The notes: a model not told the origin generated them from the sequence alone. A DNA stretch of 64,000 nt from an uncultured Chloroflexia bacterium (GCA_963726175.1 CAVSBM010000008.1:26153-90152); one strand, 5' to 3'; positions 38,865-50,441 are shown, counted from the stretch's first letter. Translations and numbers: made by a program.

Positions 38865-40265
38865 GTGAAAAAAGTACTTTTTATCACGTTAGCAGCGATC
38901 CTGGCTCTGAGCGTGGGCCTCATCGGCTGTGGGGGCGAGAAGCTGCCGCCGCAGGCGCCAGAAAGCATCCTAGTTGGTCTGGCCAGAGACCTGGATGGAC
39001 CGCTGGCCGTTTTCGAGTGCGGTTACGGGGGAACGAGTTATCGGTGGTTCGCTGATAAGGTCAACGCAGACGGCGGGATCTTTCTGAGCGACTATGCAGA
39101 AAAGGTGCCCATAGAACTGAAGGTGCGCGATTTTGACGTTAGACATGGGACCTAGCGGACAGTCACAAGGAGCCTTAATAGACACAGACAAAGTGTGACT
39201 TTGTATGGGGTGGCCCGGGCACCGATTGTATTTACACTCAAGCCCCTATCTGCAATGCCGCGGCGAAGGTGCTGGTCACCCTCGAGGGTGGTGCCAGCAC
39301 CATGATTTGGGACAAGAAATATAGATAGCTGGCCCTACGTGTGGGTGAGCCTGAGCTTTGCCAACTGGAACCAGATCCCTGTTTTGCAGGATATGCTCGA
39401 GGCAATAGCTAGGTAGAGCGCCAAAGGCATATATAACCTACATTGGGGAGATGGGAGCTACGCACGGCATAGAATATAAGACAGAAACCATTAACGAATT
39501 CGGTGCAGCGAACGTCATTGACGCTGGGTTTCCATCCCTATCACGCTGATTGCGACACAGGCAGCGGATGCGCTAATCCGAGCCGCTAAAACCGCTCTGG
39601 GAGACCCGCACACCGAATTATGACATCTTCTGCTGCATATACCTATCCCTGGAATGTCGCTGACGCTTATAGGTCGCAATGATGGCCAGCGACTTCAACC
39701 CTCCGGCTATCCTATTCGGACCGGGCGGCAACACCAATGCTACGGTGCTGTCTGACTTCGGCCCTATGCAGCAAGGAGCAACTGAGCTTCATCGTAGCCG
39801 ACAATCACACGTCAACTGCGATGTCACTGACATGTATGCTGACCTTGCGGAGCAGGTAGAGGCGGACTGGGCCGACCCCAACCTGGCGATGTGACCCAGG
39901 ATTTACTGACCAGTGGCTGGAACGCTCTCGACTACTGGGGCATGCCTTGCTACATTGCAGCGACTGGAGATGTGGGAGCAGGCTGTAGAGGCAATGGGGA
40001 CATTGACTCAACTGGCGTAAGAGCCGAGCTTGCTAAGTTCAGCTCCACGAATCCGGCTGACACGGTCCTTGGCGACTGCTGGTTCACGGTATTTGGAAAT
40101 GGCAATGGTGGTGGAGTCCTAGACTACGCGTGCCACCCTGGAGAGATTGGCCAGTGGCAAAGTGGGGAGTATAGAATCGTAGGAGGTAACTCAACCCTAC
40201 TGCGTCGTTCATCTACCCCATGACGGGCAAGTGGGGCTGGCTGCTACGACTAAGGGTAGGATAAA
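38865..40265 (+). pseudogene. ABC transporter substrate-binding lipoprotein (Leu/Ile/Val-binding, Peripla_BP_6-like), many frame breaks
   Basis: An intact lipoprotein signal (..LIGCGG) and the first 96 aa, then at least 6 frame changes. Recognisable pieces (..WGGPGTD.., ..VLVTLEGGAST.., ..GEIGQWQSGEY..) are spread over all three frames. Confidence 0.65.
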
Positions 40266-40399
40266 GACTCTAGACATAAGGTAAGGAGTCTGGTATAGTA
40301 GCAGGCTGTCTAGAAGAGATATCGGGTAGATTCCCGGGGTGTTTTTCTAGGCAGCCTGCTTCTTGCGTGTGTCAAGAAGAGACAAGAGGAGATAACGAG

Positions 40400-41289
40400 T
40401 CAGCGTCATGCGCAGAGGCAGAGAGACTCTGTAGGCTTAATCGTAGTTGGTATATTGGCGGGCGGGATATATGGCTTGCTGGCTATGGGCTTGAGTTTGC
40501 AGTATGGTGTTTGCCGGGTGCTGAACATCACTCATGGCGAATTTGCTATGCTGGGAGCTGTGCTCACCTTTACCCTCACAAGGTTAGGGATTAATCCGCT
40601 GCTGGCACCAGTCATTATCGGTCCTCTTTTGTTTGGCATCGGTTTTTTGCTTCAAGCAACTCTGTTCAGAGGTCTTAAAGCCCGGGCGCCATCACCGGCT
40701 GCCTTCGAGGGCAATGCTTTGCTAGTCGCCTTCGGTCTCATGTACATCATCTCGTACCTGGCCCGGATGAAATGGGGTACCCGGTCACTGCCAACTCATA
40801 TTTAACCAATAATGTGTCGTTTTTAGGGCGTTAACATCCAATTCAACCTGATCGTAGGCCTTTGCCATTGCTGTGGTCTTAGGCATAGCTGTTCATCTCT
40901 TTTTGACCCGCTCCCGGCTGGGAAGAGCAATCAGGGCCACGGCTGAAGACCAGGCGACGGCGGAACTGATGGGGGTAAATACCAACACGATTCTGGCTCT
41001 TTGTTTCGGGCTGGGAGCGTTACTGGCGGGCGTTGCCGGCACACTGATCAGCATAAGAACTCACGTTAACACAGCTATCGGCTTTAACAATACCATAATC
41101 GCCCTCATCGTCGTCACCCTGGGCGGATTGGGCAGCGTCCCGGGTAGTTTTATTGCCGGAATCATAATTGGTATCGTTTCCATGCTGGTTACTGGCTTTT
41201 GGGAGCCGGTTCTTGCCGTGCCTGTTTATTACGCAATACTCATGGTCCTGTTGCTGGCGAGACCATCAGGCATCTTCGGGAAGAAGTAA
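40400..41289 (+). pseudogene. branched-chain amino-acid ABC permease LivH-like, at least 3 frame breaks
   Basis: ..GGIYGLLAMGLSLQYGVCRVLNITHGEFAMLGA.. (40455-40805) and ..RSRLGRAIRATAEDQATAELMGVN.. (40873-41289). Three shifts fall within 40780-40860. The 5' end is unclear. Confidence 0.7.
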
Positions 41290-41294
41290 AGCAA

Positions 41295-42288
41295 ATGAAT
41301 ATAACCCGGTTATTTACCACATATAGAAAGCCACTGTGGGTAGGATTTCTGATTCTGCTCATAGTCTTTGTACTCACCTTTCCCCTGTACGGTGGGGCAT
41401 ATCCTACCATCGTGCTGAGTCACCATGCTTATGTATGCCATCCTGGCGGTGAGCTGGGCTATGTTTTCCGGTGCCACCGGTTACATGTCATTAGCGCCGG
41501 CAGCATTTTTCGGAATGGGCATTTATTCTACGGCTCTGCTGCAGGACTATCTGCCCTTCCCCGTTATTATAGTCATTGGAGGTCTCATCAGCTTTGCGCT
41601 TGCTCTTCTAGTTGGACTGGTAACCCTGAGGCTGAAGGGCATATATTTTACTATCTTCAGCTTCGGACTCGTTATGTTCATGGGCAATGATTATCAACTA
41701 CATGGAGGCCATATAATAGCGGAGACATGGTTGGTATTTCATCCCGCTGGATCGAACAATGCTTCTTTACACAATGCTCGGCTTGGCTGTGGTGACGGTG
41801 CTCACCGTTTATCTTATCAGGCGCTCCAGATTGGGATTGGCTATGCAGAGCATCGGTGGGAACGAGGAAGCGGCGGAACACATGGGCGTCAATACCACTA
41901 GGATGAAAGTCCTGACCTTTGCCATCAGCGCCATTTTCATGGGGGCAGCCGGGGTAGTCGCAGCGCCTTCTCTGTTATATATTCTAACTCTAGTATTGCC
42001 TTCAGCGTAACCTACTCTTTCATACCGATCGTGGCGGCGGTGTTTGGCGGCATGGGGAATCTCTATGGTCCGATAGTAGGTGCCCTTCTTTTTGGTTATT
42101 TAGAGAAAACGCTAAGAGCCACGTTGTCAAGCTATTTTATGCTCGGTTTTGGAATTATAATGGTGGTGGTTATCTTATTCCTGCCCAACGGAATAGTAGG
42201 GCTGGTGCCAATGTTGCGAGATAAGCTGGGATGGGTGATTTCGAAGTTACGGAAAGGAAGCGAAGGGGAGCAACATGCGAATACTTGA
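41295..42288 (+). pseudogene. branched-chain amino-acid ABC permease LivM-like, at least 3 frame breaks
   Basis: Four ORF pieces (41199-41690 from ATG 41295, 41425-41901, 41759-42010, 42031-42288) read colinearly as one LivM-type permease. Confidence 0.7.
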
Positions 42289-43010
42289 AGGCCAGGCCGT
42301 AACCAAGTTTTTTGGGGGGTTAGCGGCGGTATCCAATGTTGACTTCCATGTTGACCAGGGCGAAATCCTGGGTCTTATCGGTCCCAACGGAGCAGGCAAG
42401 ACAACGCTGTTTAATTTGATATCGGCGGCTTTGCCTCTTAGCTCAGGGGAAATAAGATTTAAAGGCCAGAAGCTCAACGGCTTGAAGCCCCACCAAATCT
42501 GCAGGATGGGGATTGCCAGGACGTTTCAAGAGACTAAGGTTTTCGCCAATATGCCGGTTCTTCAGAATGTACTGGTGGGGGCGTTTTTCGGGGCCCAAAG
42601 CGTGTATCACAGCAGATGCTGCCGGGGAAGCCAGCCAGGCGTTAGAGTTTGTGGGGCTGTCGGCAATGAGCACGACTCCAGTTAAGGACTTGACACTGGT
42701 CAACCAGAAGCGGGTTGAAGTAGCCAGAGCACTGGCCACCAAACCTGAGCTTTTGTTGCTCGATGAGCTGATGGCCGGTCTAAACCCCGCCGAGGTAAGC
42801 GAGGCCATGGAGCTGGTAACCAGGATTCGAGATAAAGGGATTACCATTTTCATGGTTGAGCATGTCATGAAGGCAATCATGGGCATATGTGCGCGGGTCA
42901 TGGTGCTCCACCATGGTGAAAAGATTGCTGAAGGAACATGCAACGAGATTAGCTGCAATAAGACAGTTATTGATGTATACCTGGGGGAGGAGACCCATGC
43001 TGGAAGTTAG
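42275..43010 (+). CDS. ABC transporter ATP-binding protein LivG-like (one frame break)
   Basis: Walker A GPNGAGKTT, Walker B LLLLDELMAGL. A +1 break lies near 42590-42600 (T5/G4/C3 runs). Confidence 0.8.
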
Positions 43011-43708
43011 CAACCTGAATGTTTTTTACGGCAAGTCCCAAGCCTTACGGGATGTTTCTTTAAAAGTCGAAGAAAAGGAAATAGTGGCTTTGGTGGGCGC
43101 TAATGGCGCCGGTAAAACGACACTGCTTAATACTATATCCGGCCTGGTACGTCCAGCTTCAGGTAGTGTGGAGTTTCTGGGCAAGAGAATAGACAGGCTA
43201 GCACCTTATAAAATTATGCAACCTGGGTATTTGCCAGATACCCGAGGGCAGAAAGCTTTTCAGCGACATGACAGTGGGGGACAACCTGGAGATGGGAGCG
43301 TATAGCTCTGCAGCCTGGAAGCGGAGGAAAGAAACGCTGGAGCGGGTCTATCAGGTTTTCCCGGTACTGAAAGAAAGACAAAAACAATCAGCTAAGAAGT
43401 TAAGCGGCGGCGAACGGCAAATGGTAGCCATAGGCCGGGGCTTGATGTCCAATCCCAGACTATGCATGTTTGATGAGCCATCGTATGGCCTGGCACCGAA
43501 ATTATTCTCAGAGGTTCTCGAGGTCATAAAGCACCTGCGTGAGCAGGGAATTACCATCTTCCTGGTTGAGCAAAACGTCCGACAGACACTTGAGACAGCC
43601 GATCGGGCCTACGTGATAGAAAACGGGCGGATTGTCTTAGAGGGAAAGGTAAAGACCTTCTGCAAAATCGAACAGGTGAAGACAGCCTATATAGGGGCTG
43701 TAGCTTAA
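42997..43708 (+). CDS. ABC transporter ATP-binding protein LivF-like (one frame break)
   Basis: ATG 42997 gives MLEVSNLNVFYGK...GANGAGKTT. The +1 frame continues LGICQIPEGRKLFSDMTVGDNLEMGAY...LSGGERQM.... The break lies near 43220. Confidence 0.8.
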
Positions 43709-43734
43709 GCGGGTGTGATACGGTGCCTATCTCA

Positions 43735-44040
43735 ATGGCAAATGACAAAGCTCAGATGCCAAATGAAGCCCGAAACCCAAATGACAAAACGAAATAGCCC
43801 TGGCATCCAAGCATTTGTGTTTCACTGGGTTTCTGCAATATTACCCCTGTTAAGATAGGAGGGGTAAGGGGAGTTATGAAAACTATGGAAGTAACCCCCT
43901 TTAATCCCCCTTACTCTAAGGGGGAGATTTAAGGGAAGGAACAGTTTTGCCATTCAAGCATTTGGATTTCATTTGTCATTTAGACTTTGACATTTGGATT
44001 TGTCTAGGATTTGGTGCTTGGGATTTAGGATTTCAGGATA
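43735..44040. repeat. dyad-symmetric A/T-rich motif array around G/C hairpins
   Basis: CAAATG at 43739, 43760 and 43778. CATTTG at 43812, 43959, 43970 and 43991. GGATTT x5 between 43964 and 44033. Central hairpin TCCCCCTTA-CTC-TAAGGGGGA at 43905-43925. Confidence 0.7.
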
Positions 44041-44066
44041 GGCTGTTTGAAAAAAGGAGGTAAAGT

Positions 44067-45926
44067 ATGGCACGAGGTTACATGGGAAAGATTCTGTTTG
44101 CGGATCTTTCCAAAGACAAGCTAAGGGATGAGGCGCTTGACGAAAAGCTTTGCCGCCAGTTCATTGGAGGGTATGGCATCGGCGCCAGAATCCTGTTCAG
44201 CCGACAAAAAGCCGGTGTTGACCCTTTGGGACCGGACAATACTCTGGGCATCCTTACGGGCCCCTTTACCGGCACTCCGGCACTTGCGGGTACAAAGCAC
44301 ACTGTAGCAGGAAAATCACCGTTGACCGGGGGCTGGGGCGATGCCAATTCCGGTGGTTACTTCGGTGCCTTTCTGAAGTACGCCGGCTACGATGCCGTGT
44401 TCTTTAGCGGAATATCGGCAAAGCCGGTCTACCTGTTTATCAACAATGGTAAGGCTGAACTGAGGGATGCCGCCCACCTATGGGGGAAGGACACTCGCCA
44501 GACCGAAGAAATACTCAAATCGGAATTGGGCAAGGATGTGGAGGTAGCTTGCATTGGCCCCTCAGGTGAGAAGCTTTCGCTCATCGCAGCAGTGTTTAAC
44601 AGGAGCCGGACCGCGGCTCGTTCCGGTCTGGGTGCCGTAATGGGCTCCAAGAAGCTCAAGGCAGTGGCGGTGAAGGGCAACATGAAGGTCCCCCTGGCCG
44701 ATGAACAAAGAACCAAGGAACTGAGAAAGAAATACACGGCTGAACTGGGCGGGCATATTGTCTGGTTGAAGCCGTTTGGCACGCCTTTCCTCGTTGACAT
44801 CGGCGTTCTGAGTGGTGATTCGCCGGTCAAAAACTGGGCAGGAGTAGGGGTTATTGACTTTCCAGATTTTCAAACCCATAGCCAAGGAGGCTGTGATTGA
44901 GCGTATGACGAAGAAGTTTGCCTGTTACCAGTGCCCTATCGGATGCGGGGGGTACATGAAGGCAGGAACCGGAGAGTATAAATATGCCGCTGGTTCCCGG
45001 AGACCGGAATATGAAACGATTGCCATGTTTGGCACCAATTGTCTCAACAACAACCTGGAATCGATAATCAAGGCAGCCGATATTTGCGATCGCTACGGAG
45101 TTGACACCATCTCGGCCGGGGCGACCATCGCTCTCGCTATTGAATGTTATGAGAAGGGGCTTATCACCAAGAAAGACACCGATGGTATTGAAATGACCTG
45201 GGGCAACCACAAAGCCATCGTGGCCATGACCGAAAAATTGGCTAAGAGGGAAGGTTTTGGTGACGTGTTAGCCGATGGAGTGAAGGTGGCAGCGGAGAAG
45301 ATTGGCAAGGGCGCTGACCAATACGCCATACATGTTGGGGGGCAGGAACTTCCGGCACATGACCCGAAGCATGCTTTTTACCTTGCCACTAGCTACAGGA
45401 TGGACCCCACTCCAGGCCGTCATTTTGTGGGCTCAGAGTTGTCAGACGCCCCCTATCATCCTGCAGGACTGCTGCCCAAATTCGACTTAAAGTCCTTTTC
45501 CGGCAGAGGAGAAGCACGCAAGATAGGCAGCAGTTTCCACCAAGTCGTGGTTTGTACCGGGACATGCCTGTTCGTGTACTGGGCTTTTCCCAATGTTGAC
45601 CCTATCGCCGATTTCATGAGGGCGGTTACCGGCTGGGATGTGACTGGATGAGGAATTACTGAAGACAGGAGAGAGAATTGCCAATATCCGGCAGGCGTTC
45701 AATATTCGAGAAGGGTTGAACCCGCTAAAGTTCAAGGTCTCCGACAGAGTTCTGGGGAAGCCACCACTAAAGGCAGGGCCTCTAGCCGGGGTGACCATTG
45801 ATGAGGATACCATGATCAAAGAGTACCTGAGCTGCCATGGATTGGGACCTCAAGACAGCCAAGCCCAGTAAGAAGAAACTGCTGGAACTGGGGCTGACAG
45901 ACGTAGCTCAGGAACTCTGGCCTTAG
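44067..45926 (+). pseudogene. aldehyde:ferredoxin oxidoreductase (tungsten AOR family), 3 frame breaks
   Basis: Pieces 44067-44900, 44854-45651, and two further frames to TAG 45924-45926. AOR hallmarks are present (N-terminal MGKILFADLS..., ..ACYQCPIGCGG..). The +1 breaks lie near 44870, 45648 and 45833. Confidence 0.75.
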
Positions 45927-46000
45927 CCGGGACAACTCACGCCGCAAACCATGCGGCAAAGTCGAGTGCCTGAACCAGAACAGACGGGCGCTTCCGTTGC

Positions 46001-46768
46001 CTATATCATCACGGTTCCGCCATCAATATAGATAATCTGTCCGGAGATCATGTCCGAGGCAGCTGAGGCTAAAAACAAGACTGCCCCCGCCGGGTCGGTT
46101 GGCTGCAAACGTTGGTGAATTGATTGTTCCCCGGTGGCAATCCCGAATATTTTTTCGCTATCCGTCTGGGCTAGACTGGCCTCGGTAGCCACATATCCCG
46201 GGGCAACAGCGTTGACATTAATACCTGAGGGACCCAGAGCTCTAGCCAGGGCGTGGGTTAGTATGTAAACCGCTCCCTTAGTACAGGCATACGGTAAAAA
46301 GAGTTGGGCCGCGGGGACTCTGGCAACGTTAGACGCAATGTTGATAATCTTGCCCTTTTTCTGCTTTACCATCAGCGGAGCTATGGCCTTGCAAACCACC
46401 CATGTTCCTCTTACATTCACCACAAACATCTGATCCCACTCCTTGACCGTCCAAGCATCCCAGGGCTGGGCATTGATTCCGTACCATATAGCAGCATTAT
46501 TGATGAGGACATCAACTCTGCCATACTGCTGTATAACCTTCTCCGCTATCTTCTTGCCAGCGTCTTCGTGCGAAATATCAGCCTCCATGATTGCTACTTC
46601 CCCACCCTTAGCCTTTACCTCTTTAACCGTGCCCTGAGCCCTCTCCAGATTAGTGGTAGTCAATAGCAATTTGGCCCCTTCTTCAGCAAACTTCAAGGCG
46701 AAGCTTTTCCCCATACCGCGACTGGCACCGGTTATGACAGCCACCTTGTCCTTTAATACTCCTGACAT
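46001..46768 (-). CDS. short-chain dehydrogenase/reductase
   Basis: 255 aa with VAVITGASRGMGK and a catalytic YACTK. Confidence 0.85.
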   Translation of the reverse strand: MSGVLKDKVAVITGASRGMGKSFALKFAEEGAKLLLTTTNLERAQGTVKEVKAKGGEVAIMEADISHEDAGKKIAEKVIQQYGRVDVLINNAAIWYGINAQPWDAWTVKEWDQMFVVNVRGTWVVCKAIAPLMVKQKKGKIINIASNVARVPAAQLFLPYACTKGAVYILTHALARALGPSGINVNAVAPGYVATEASLAQTDSEKIFGIATGEQSIHQRLQPTDPAGAVLFLASAASDMISGQIIYIDGGTVMI

Positions 46769-46841
46769 ATCTCCCTCCTTTTAATCTTTCAGCACGAAGT
46801 CTCACAGTTAAAAATATTCTATAGTCTGACGGCCGAAAAAC

Positions 46842-47411
46842 TCAACCTTTAACTTTCGGGCTGCCCACATAGCCTTTGACATTCCCTTTTTCAAATTCAT
46901 CCAGGATAATTTCGGTGGTCCACATAGCTGTCTGCATAATAGTGCAGCCACGCGATATCCCCAAGAATTCTATGCTCATGTCATCGCGTGCCAAGTCCCA
47001 CGCCTTCCCAAAGAATCTTCTCTGGACATCCTTGCACAGTATGGAGTTATATTCTTGATAATACTTATTCAGAAGGGTATTGCGAACAGTAGCACAATTC
47101 TCACGGAAACTGCGCTCGTTGAAGGTCTCTTGTTGAATTCCCAAAGCCAAGCCAAGCACCAAAGCACCGCTCGCTACGGCGGCACAGGTACCATATCCGC
47201 TCAAGCCAACACCACCAGTGAGAACACATATCCCCGAAAAAAGCCTATCCTCCATATCCTTGGGGATAATCTCCAGACCACCCCATCTCAGGGCATCAAT
47301 CGTTGCCAAAAATGTACACTGGCCACAACCCCTGTATTTTGCTTCATACTGTATAGCTAGCTCATTTGCTTTCTTAATAATCTCGCCCCTGGTCTTCGTG
47401 AGCCTGGCCAT
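46842..47411 (-). CDS. C_GCAxxG_C_C family redox protein
   Basis: 189 aa. The motif elements appear in order: YRGCGQC, GTCAAVASG, ILCKDV, RGCT. Confidence 0.6.
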   Translation of the reverse strand: MARLTKTRGEIIKKANELAIQYEAKYRGCGQCTFLATIDALRWGGLEIIPKDMEDRLFSGICVLTGGVGLSGYGTCAAVASGALVLGLALGIQQETFNERSFRENCATVRNTLLNKYYQEYNSILCKDVQRRFFGKAWDLARDDMSIEFLGISRGCTIMQTAMWTTEIILDEFEKGNVKGYVGSPKVKG

Positions 47412-47579
47412 AATTATCGCGCCTCCGTTTCCACCTTAAATTGCACGCATTGTACCATGAATAGACAGCTTACTGTCAACGGGTAGAAAAAGTCTCGCGG
47501 CTCCTGTTATAATATTTCTTCAAATAGGATTGACGCCAGCGGACCATATAGTCCGATCCAGGTCAAGGAGGGAAGGAAT

Positions 47580-48212
47580 ATGGCTAAAGACCTAGTCAAG
47601 ACATTGGCTGATTTGAAGGAACAAGAGGTTATTAAGATTGTTGAGGATAGGCTGAACGCCAAGGAAGATCCACTCAAAATCTTGGAGGACGCCAGGAGAG
47701 GCATGGAAATCGTGGGCAAGCGTTTTGCCAACAGCGAGTACTTCATACCTGACCTGGTGTACTCCGGTGAGATACTTAAGTCGGTAACCGAGCTGGTCAA
47801 GCCCAAGCTGACCAAGGCGGCTGAGAGCAAGAAGCTGGGCAAGGTTGTTTTCGGCACGGTTGCCGGGGATATACACGACATCGGCAAGGACATCGTCGTC
47901 TTTATGCTCGATGTCAATGAGTTTGAGGTATACGACCTCGGCGTTGATGTCCCGGCGCAAAAGTTTGTGGAGAAGATAAAGGAGACTGGGGCCCCCATTG
48001 TTGGCTTAAGCGGATTTTTGACGCTGGCTTTTGATTCCATGAAGCAAACTATGGACGCTATAAAGGCCGCCGGCTTACGAGACAAGGTAAAAGTCATGAT
48101 TGGCGGCGGGCAGATAACCGATGAGATAAGGAAGTATACAGGTGCTGATGCCTATGGTAAGGATGCCATGACCGGGGTGTCCCTGGCCAAGAAATGGGCA
48201 GGCGCCAAGTAA
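47580..48212 (+). CDS. corrinoid (cobalamin-binding) protein of a methyltransferase system
   Basis: 210 aa with an N-terminal helical cap. B12-binding motifs DxHxxG (GDIHDIGK), SxL (LSGFL) and GG (MIGGG) are all present. Confidence 0.85.
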   Translation: MAKDLVKTLADLKEQEVIKIVEDRLNAKEDPLKILEDARRGMEIVGKRFANSEYFIPDLVYSGEILKSVTELVKPKLTKAAESKKLGKVVFGTVAGDIHDIGKDIVVFMLDVNEFEVYDLGVDVPAQKFVEKIKETGAPIVGLSGFLTLAFDSMKQTMDAIKAAGLRDKVKVMIGGGQITDEIRKYTGADAYGKDAMTGVSLAKKWAGAK

Positions 48213-48242
48213 TAATCCTCACACAATGCGGAGGTAATAGAA

Positions 48243-49580
48243 ATGGAAAAGAAATGGGAAGAGATGTCACCAGAGGAAAAGCAAGAAGCGCGGTTTCAGA
48301 AGTGGCTTGCGCCGGAGGGCGTCAAGTTTGCCAGCCCGGAAGCTGGGAAGCTCTACAAGGAGAGGGCCACCCGGATAAAAGACGCCATCCAGATGAAGAA
48401 GAAGCCGGACAGGGTGCCGGTACTGCTGATACCTAGCTTTGCCCCTGCCTTTTATTCCAGACTGACCCCTCGTGAGGTCATGTATGACTATGAAAAAGCC
48501 AACCAGGCCTGGAAGAAATTCTACCTTGACACTCAGCCAGATGCACACTTTGGCTGCGTGGCGCCTGGGCCGGGACCCTTCTTTGACATTCTTGACTACA
48601 AGTTGTACAAGTGGCCTGGCCACGGCGTCGCACCTGAATCCACCTACCAGGCTATCGAAGGCGAGTACATGAAGGCGGATGAATATGATGCCTTGATCCA
48701 GGACCCGACATATTTCTTCACCACCACCTATCTGCCACGCATATTCGGCGCACTGGAGTCCTTCAAGCAACTGCCTAATCTCACCACCTATGTTGAAATG
48801 TACGGGACAGGCATTACTTTCTTCCCCTACGGTCTGCCCGATGTTCAGGCTGCCTTCAAGAAGCTTCTGGAAGCCGGGAGTGAAGCCCTGAAATGGCTGG
48901 GATATTTCGGTGCCTTTATGAAGGAGATGACGGAGTTGGGATTTCCCGCGGGTCAGGGCGGCTATACCAAAGCGCCTTTTGATATTCTGGCTGACACCCT
49001 CAGAGGCACTAAAGGGATAATGATGGATATGTACCGACAGCCCGATAAGCTCATCAAAGCCATGGATGCCATGTTGCCATTCTGGATTCAGAAGGGGGTG
49101 ATCGAGGCAAATATGAACTCAAATCCTCTAATATTCATACCTCTGCATAAAGGTGCCGATGGGTTTATGTCTGACGAGCAGTATAAGAAATTCTACTGGC
49201 CTTATCTGAAGAAGATAATCCTGGGCTTGGCTGACGAGGGAGTGGTGCCATTCATCTGGGCTGAAGGGGGCTATAACTCGCGTCTGGAGGTCATCCGAGA
49301 TTTACCGAAGGGTAAAACAGCATGGTTGTTTGACATCGTAGATATTGCCAAAGCCAAGAAGGCACTGGATGGCATTGCCTGCGTGTGCGGCACCATGCCC
49401 ACGGACTTGCTGACAATAGGCACATCCCAGCAAGCTAGAGACCACGCCAAGAAGTGCATTGATGTTGCCGGCAAAGGCGGCGGCTATATCATGAGCAATG
49501 GAGCATTCTTCGATCAGGTGAAGTGGGAGAATCTCAAGGCGATAGTTGAAACCGTCAAGGAATACGGAGCATACAAATAG
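48243..49580 (+). CDS. uroporphyrinogen-decarboxylase (URO-D) family methyltransferase (substrate:corrinoid MT candidate)
   Basis: 445-aa intact ORF lying 30 nt after the corrinoid protein gene. The URO-D-like TIM-barrel assignment rests on overall similarity as I recognise it, together with the operon context. Confidence 0.6.
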   Translation: MEKKWEEMSPEEKQEARFQKWLAPEGVKFASPEAGKLYKERATRIKDAIQMKKKPDRVPVLLIPSFAPAFYSRLTPREVMYDYEKANQAWKKFYLDTQPDAHFGCVAPGPGPFFDILDYKLYKWPGHGVAPESTYQAIEGEYMKADEYDALIQDPTYFFTTTYLPRIFGALESFKQLPNLTTYVEMYGTGITFFPYGLPDVQAAFKKLLEAGSEALKWLGYFGAFMKEMTELGFPAGQGGYTKAPFDILADTLRGTKGIMMDMYRQPDKLIKAMDAMLPFWIQKGVIEANMNSNPLIFIPLHKGADGFMSDEQYKKFYWPYLKKIILGLADEGVVPFIWAEGGYNSRLEVIRDLPKGKTAWLFDIVDIAKAKKALDGIACVCGTMPTDLLTIGTSQQARDHAKKCIDVAGKGGGYIMSNGAFFDQVKWENLKAIVETVKEYGAYK

Positions 49581-49638
49581 CTACCGAACGGGTTAGCGGG
49601 CTGGCGCGGTAACATAAGAGCAAAAAAGAGGCTGTGCT

Positions 49639-50328
49639 ATGCCTATAATCCGCGATATCCCCATGAGACTGAAGGCCAGAGAAGTGCTACGCCGGCAGGG
49701 ATTGGGGCGAGGAGCTAAAGTCAGGCCAGAGATAAAAACTTTAATCCGGGAACTGCTCGTTAGTGTCAGCAAGGCACACCTTTTACAACCTGCTATCGCT
49801 TATGAAATCTACACTATAGCTGAGATAAACCAGCGGCAATTGTCCCTCGAGGACGATCCAGAAGTTCATAACTCGTTATTATCTTCAGTGCTAGACCAGG
49901 CAAAAGAGCTCGCCGTTGCCGTCTGCACTATTGGTCCCAGGCTGGAAGGACAGGCGTCAGATTACTTCAACCACGGGGAGCCATTGCGAGGCACGCTTCT
50001 GGACGGCATCGGCAGCGCTGCTGTGGACTCGCTAGCCGAGGAATTCTGCAGGTTTGTGGCAAATGAAGCGTCATCCCGTGGCTACGAGGTGAGCAGCCCC
50101 ATCAACCCGGGTATGCCTGGTTTACCGATTACCGCGCAGAGGCAGTTGCTTAAACTCGTGCCGGCACGGGAAATCGGAGTGAGCCTGACTTCCTCAGGAA
50201 TAATGGTCCCTCGCAAATCAGCCTCCATGGTCATGGGCATCGGACCAAAAATGACCAAGTGGACACGAGCTGAGGTCTGTGCGCGCTGCCACCTCAACAA
50301 GGCCTGTTCTTATAGAATATCGGCCTGA
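49639..50328 (+). CDS. methionine-synthase activation-domain-like protein (Met_synt_B12-like)
   Basis: 229 aa. ..SPINPGMPGLPITAQRQLLKLVPAREIGVSLTSSGIMVPRKSASMVMGIG.. parallels the MetH reactivation domain. A C-terminal CARCHLNKAC is also present. Confidence 0.6.
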   Translation: MPIIRDIPMRLKAREVLRRQGLGRGAKVRPEIKTLIRELLVSVSKAHLLQPAIAYEIYTIAEINQRQLSLEDDPEVHNSLLSSVLDQAKELAVAVCTIGPRLEGQASDYFNHGEPLRGTLLDGIGSAAVDSLAEEFCRFVANEASSRGYEVSSPINPGMPGLPITAQRQLLKLVPAREIGVSLTSSGIMVPRKSASMVMGIGPKMTKWTRAEVCARCHLNKACSYRISA

Positions 50329-50441
50329 TCGGAAAACGGAATACAGGAGCAAATATTTGACCATCGTGAATATTATGTGATAAAAAGTCTCACTCAGGTG
50401 AGTCAATGTGGATGGTGAACAGTGGGCATGGATGGTGATAA

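Noticed and set aside
43876-43932. An 18-codon ORF (MKTMEVTPFNPPYSKGEI) with an upstream GGAGG in the dyad element.
   Set aside because: Its sequence is built from the arms of the G/C hairpins, so it is more likely a structural by-product than a coding gene. There is no supporting evidence for translation.
47412-47579. A cobalamin riboswitch upstream of the corrinoid methyltransferase operon.
   Set aside because: The region is about 170 nt, has no recognisable B12-box and lacks the multi-stem structure. I saw only a TATAAT-like element and a small GGAC...GTCC palindrome.
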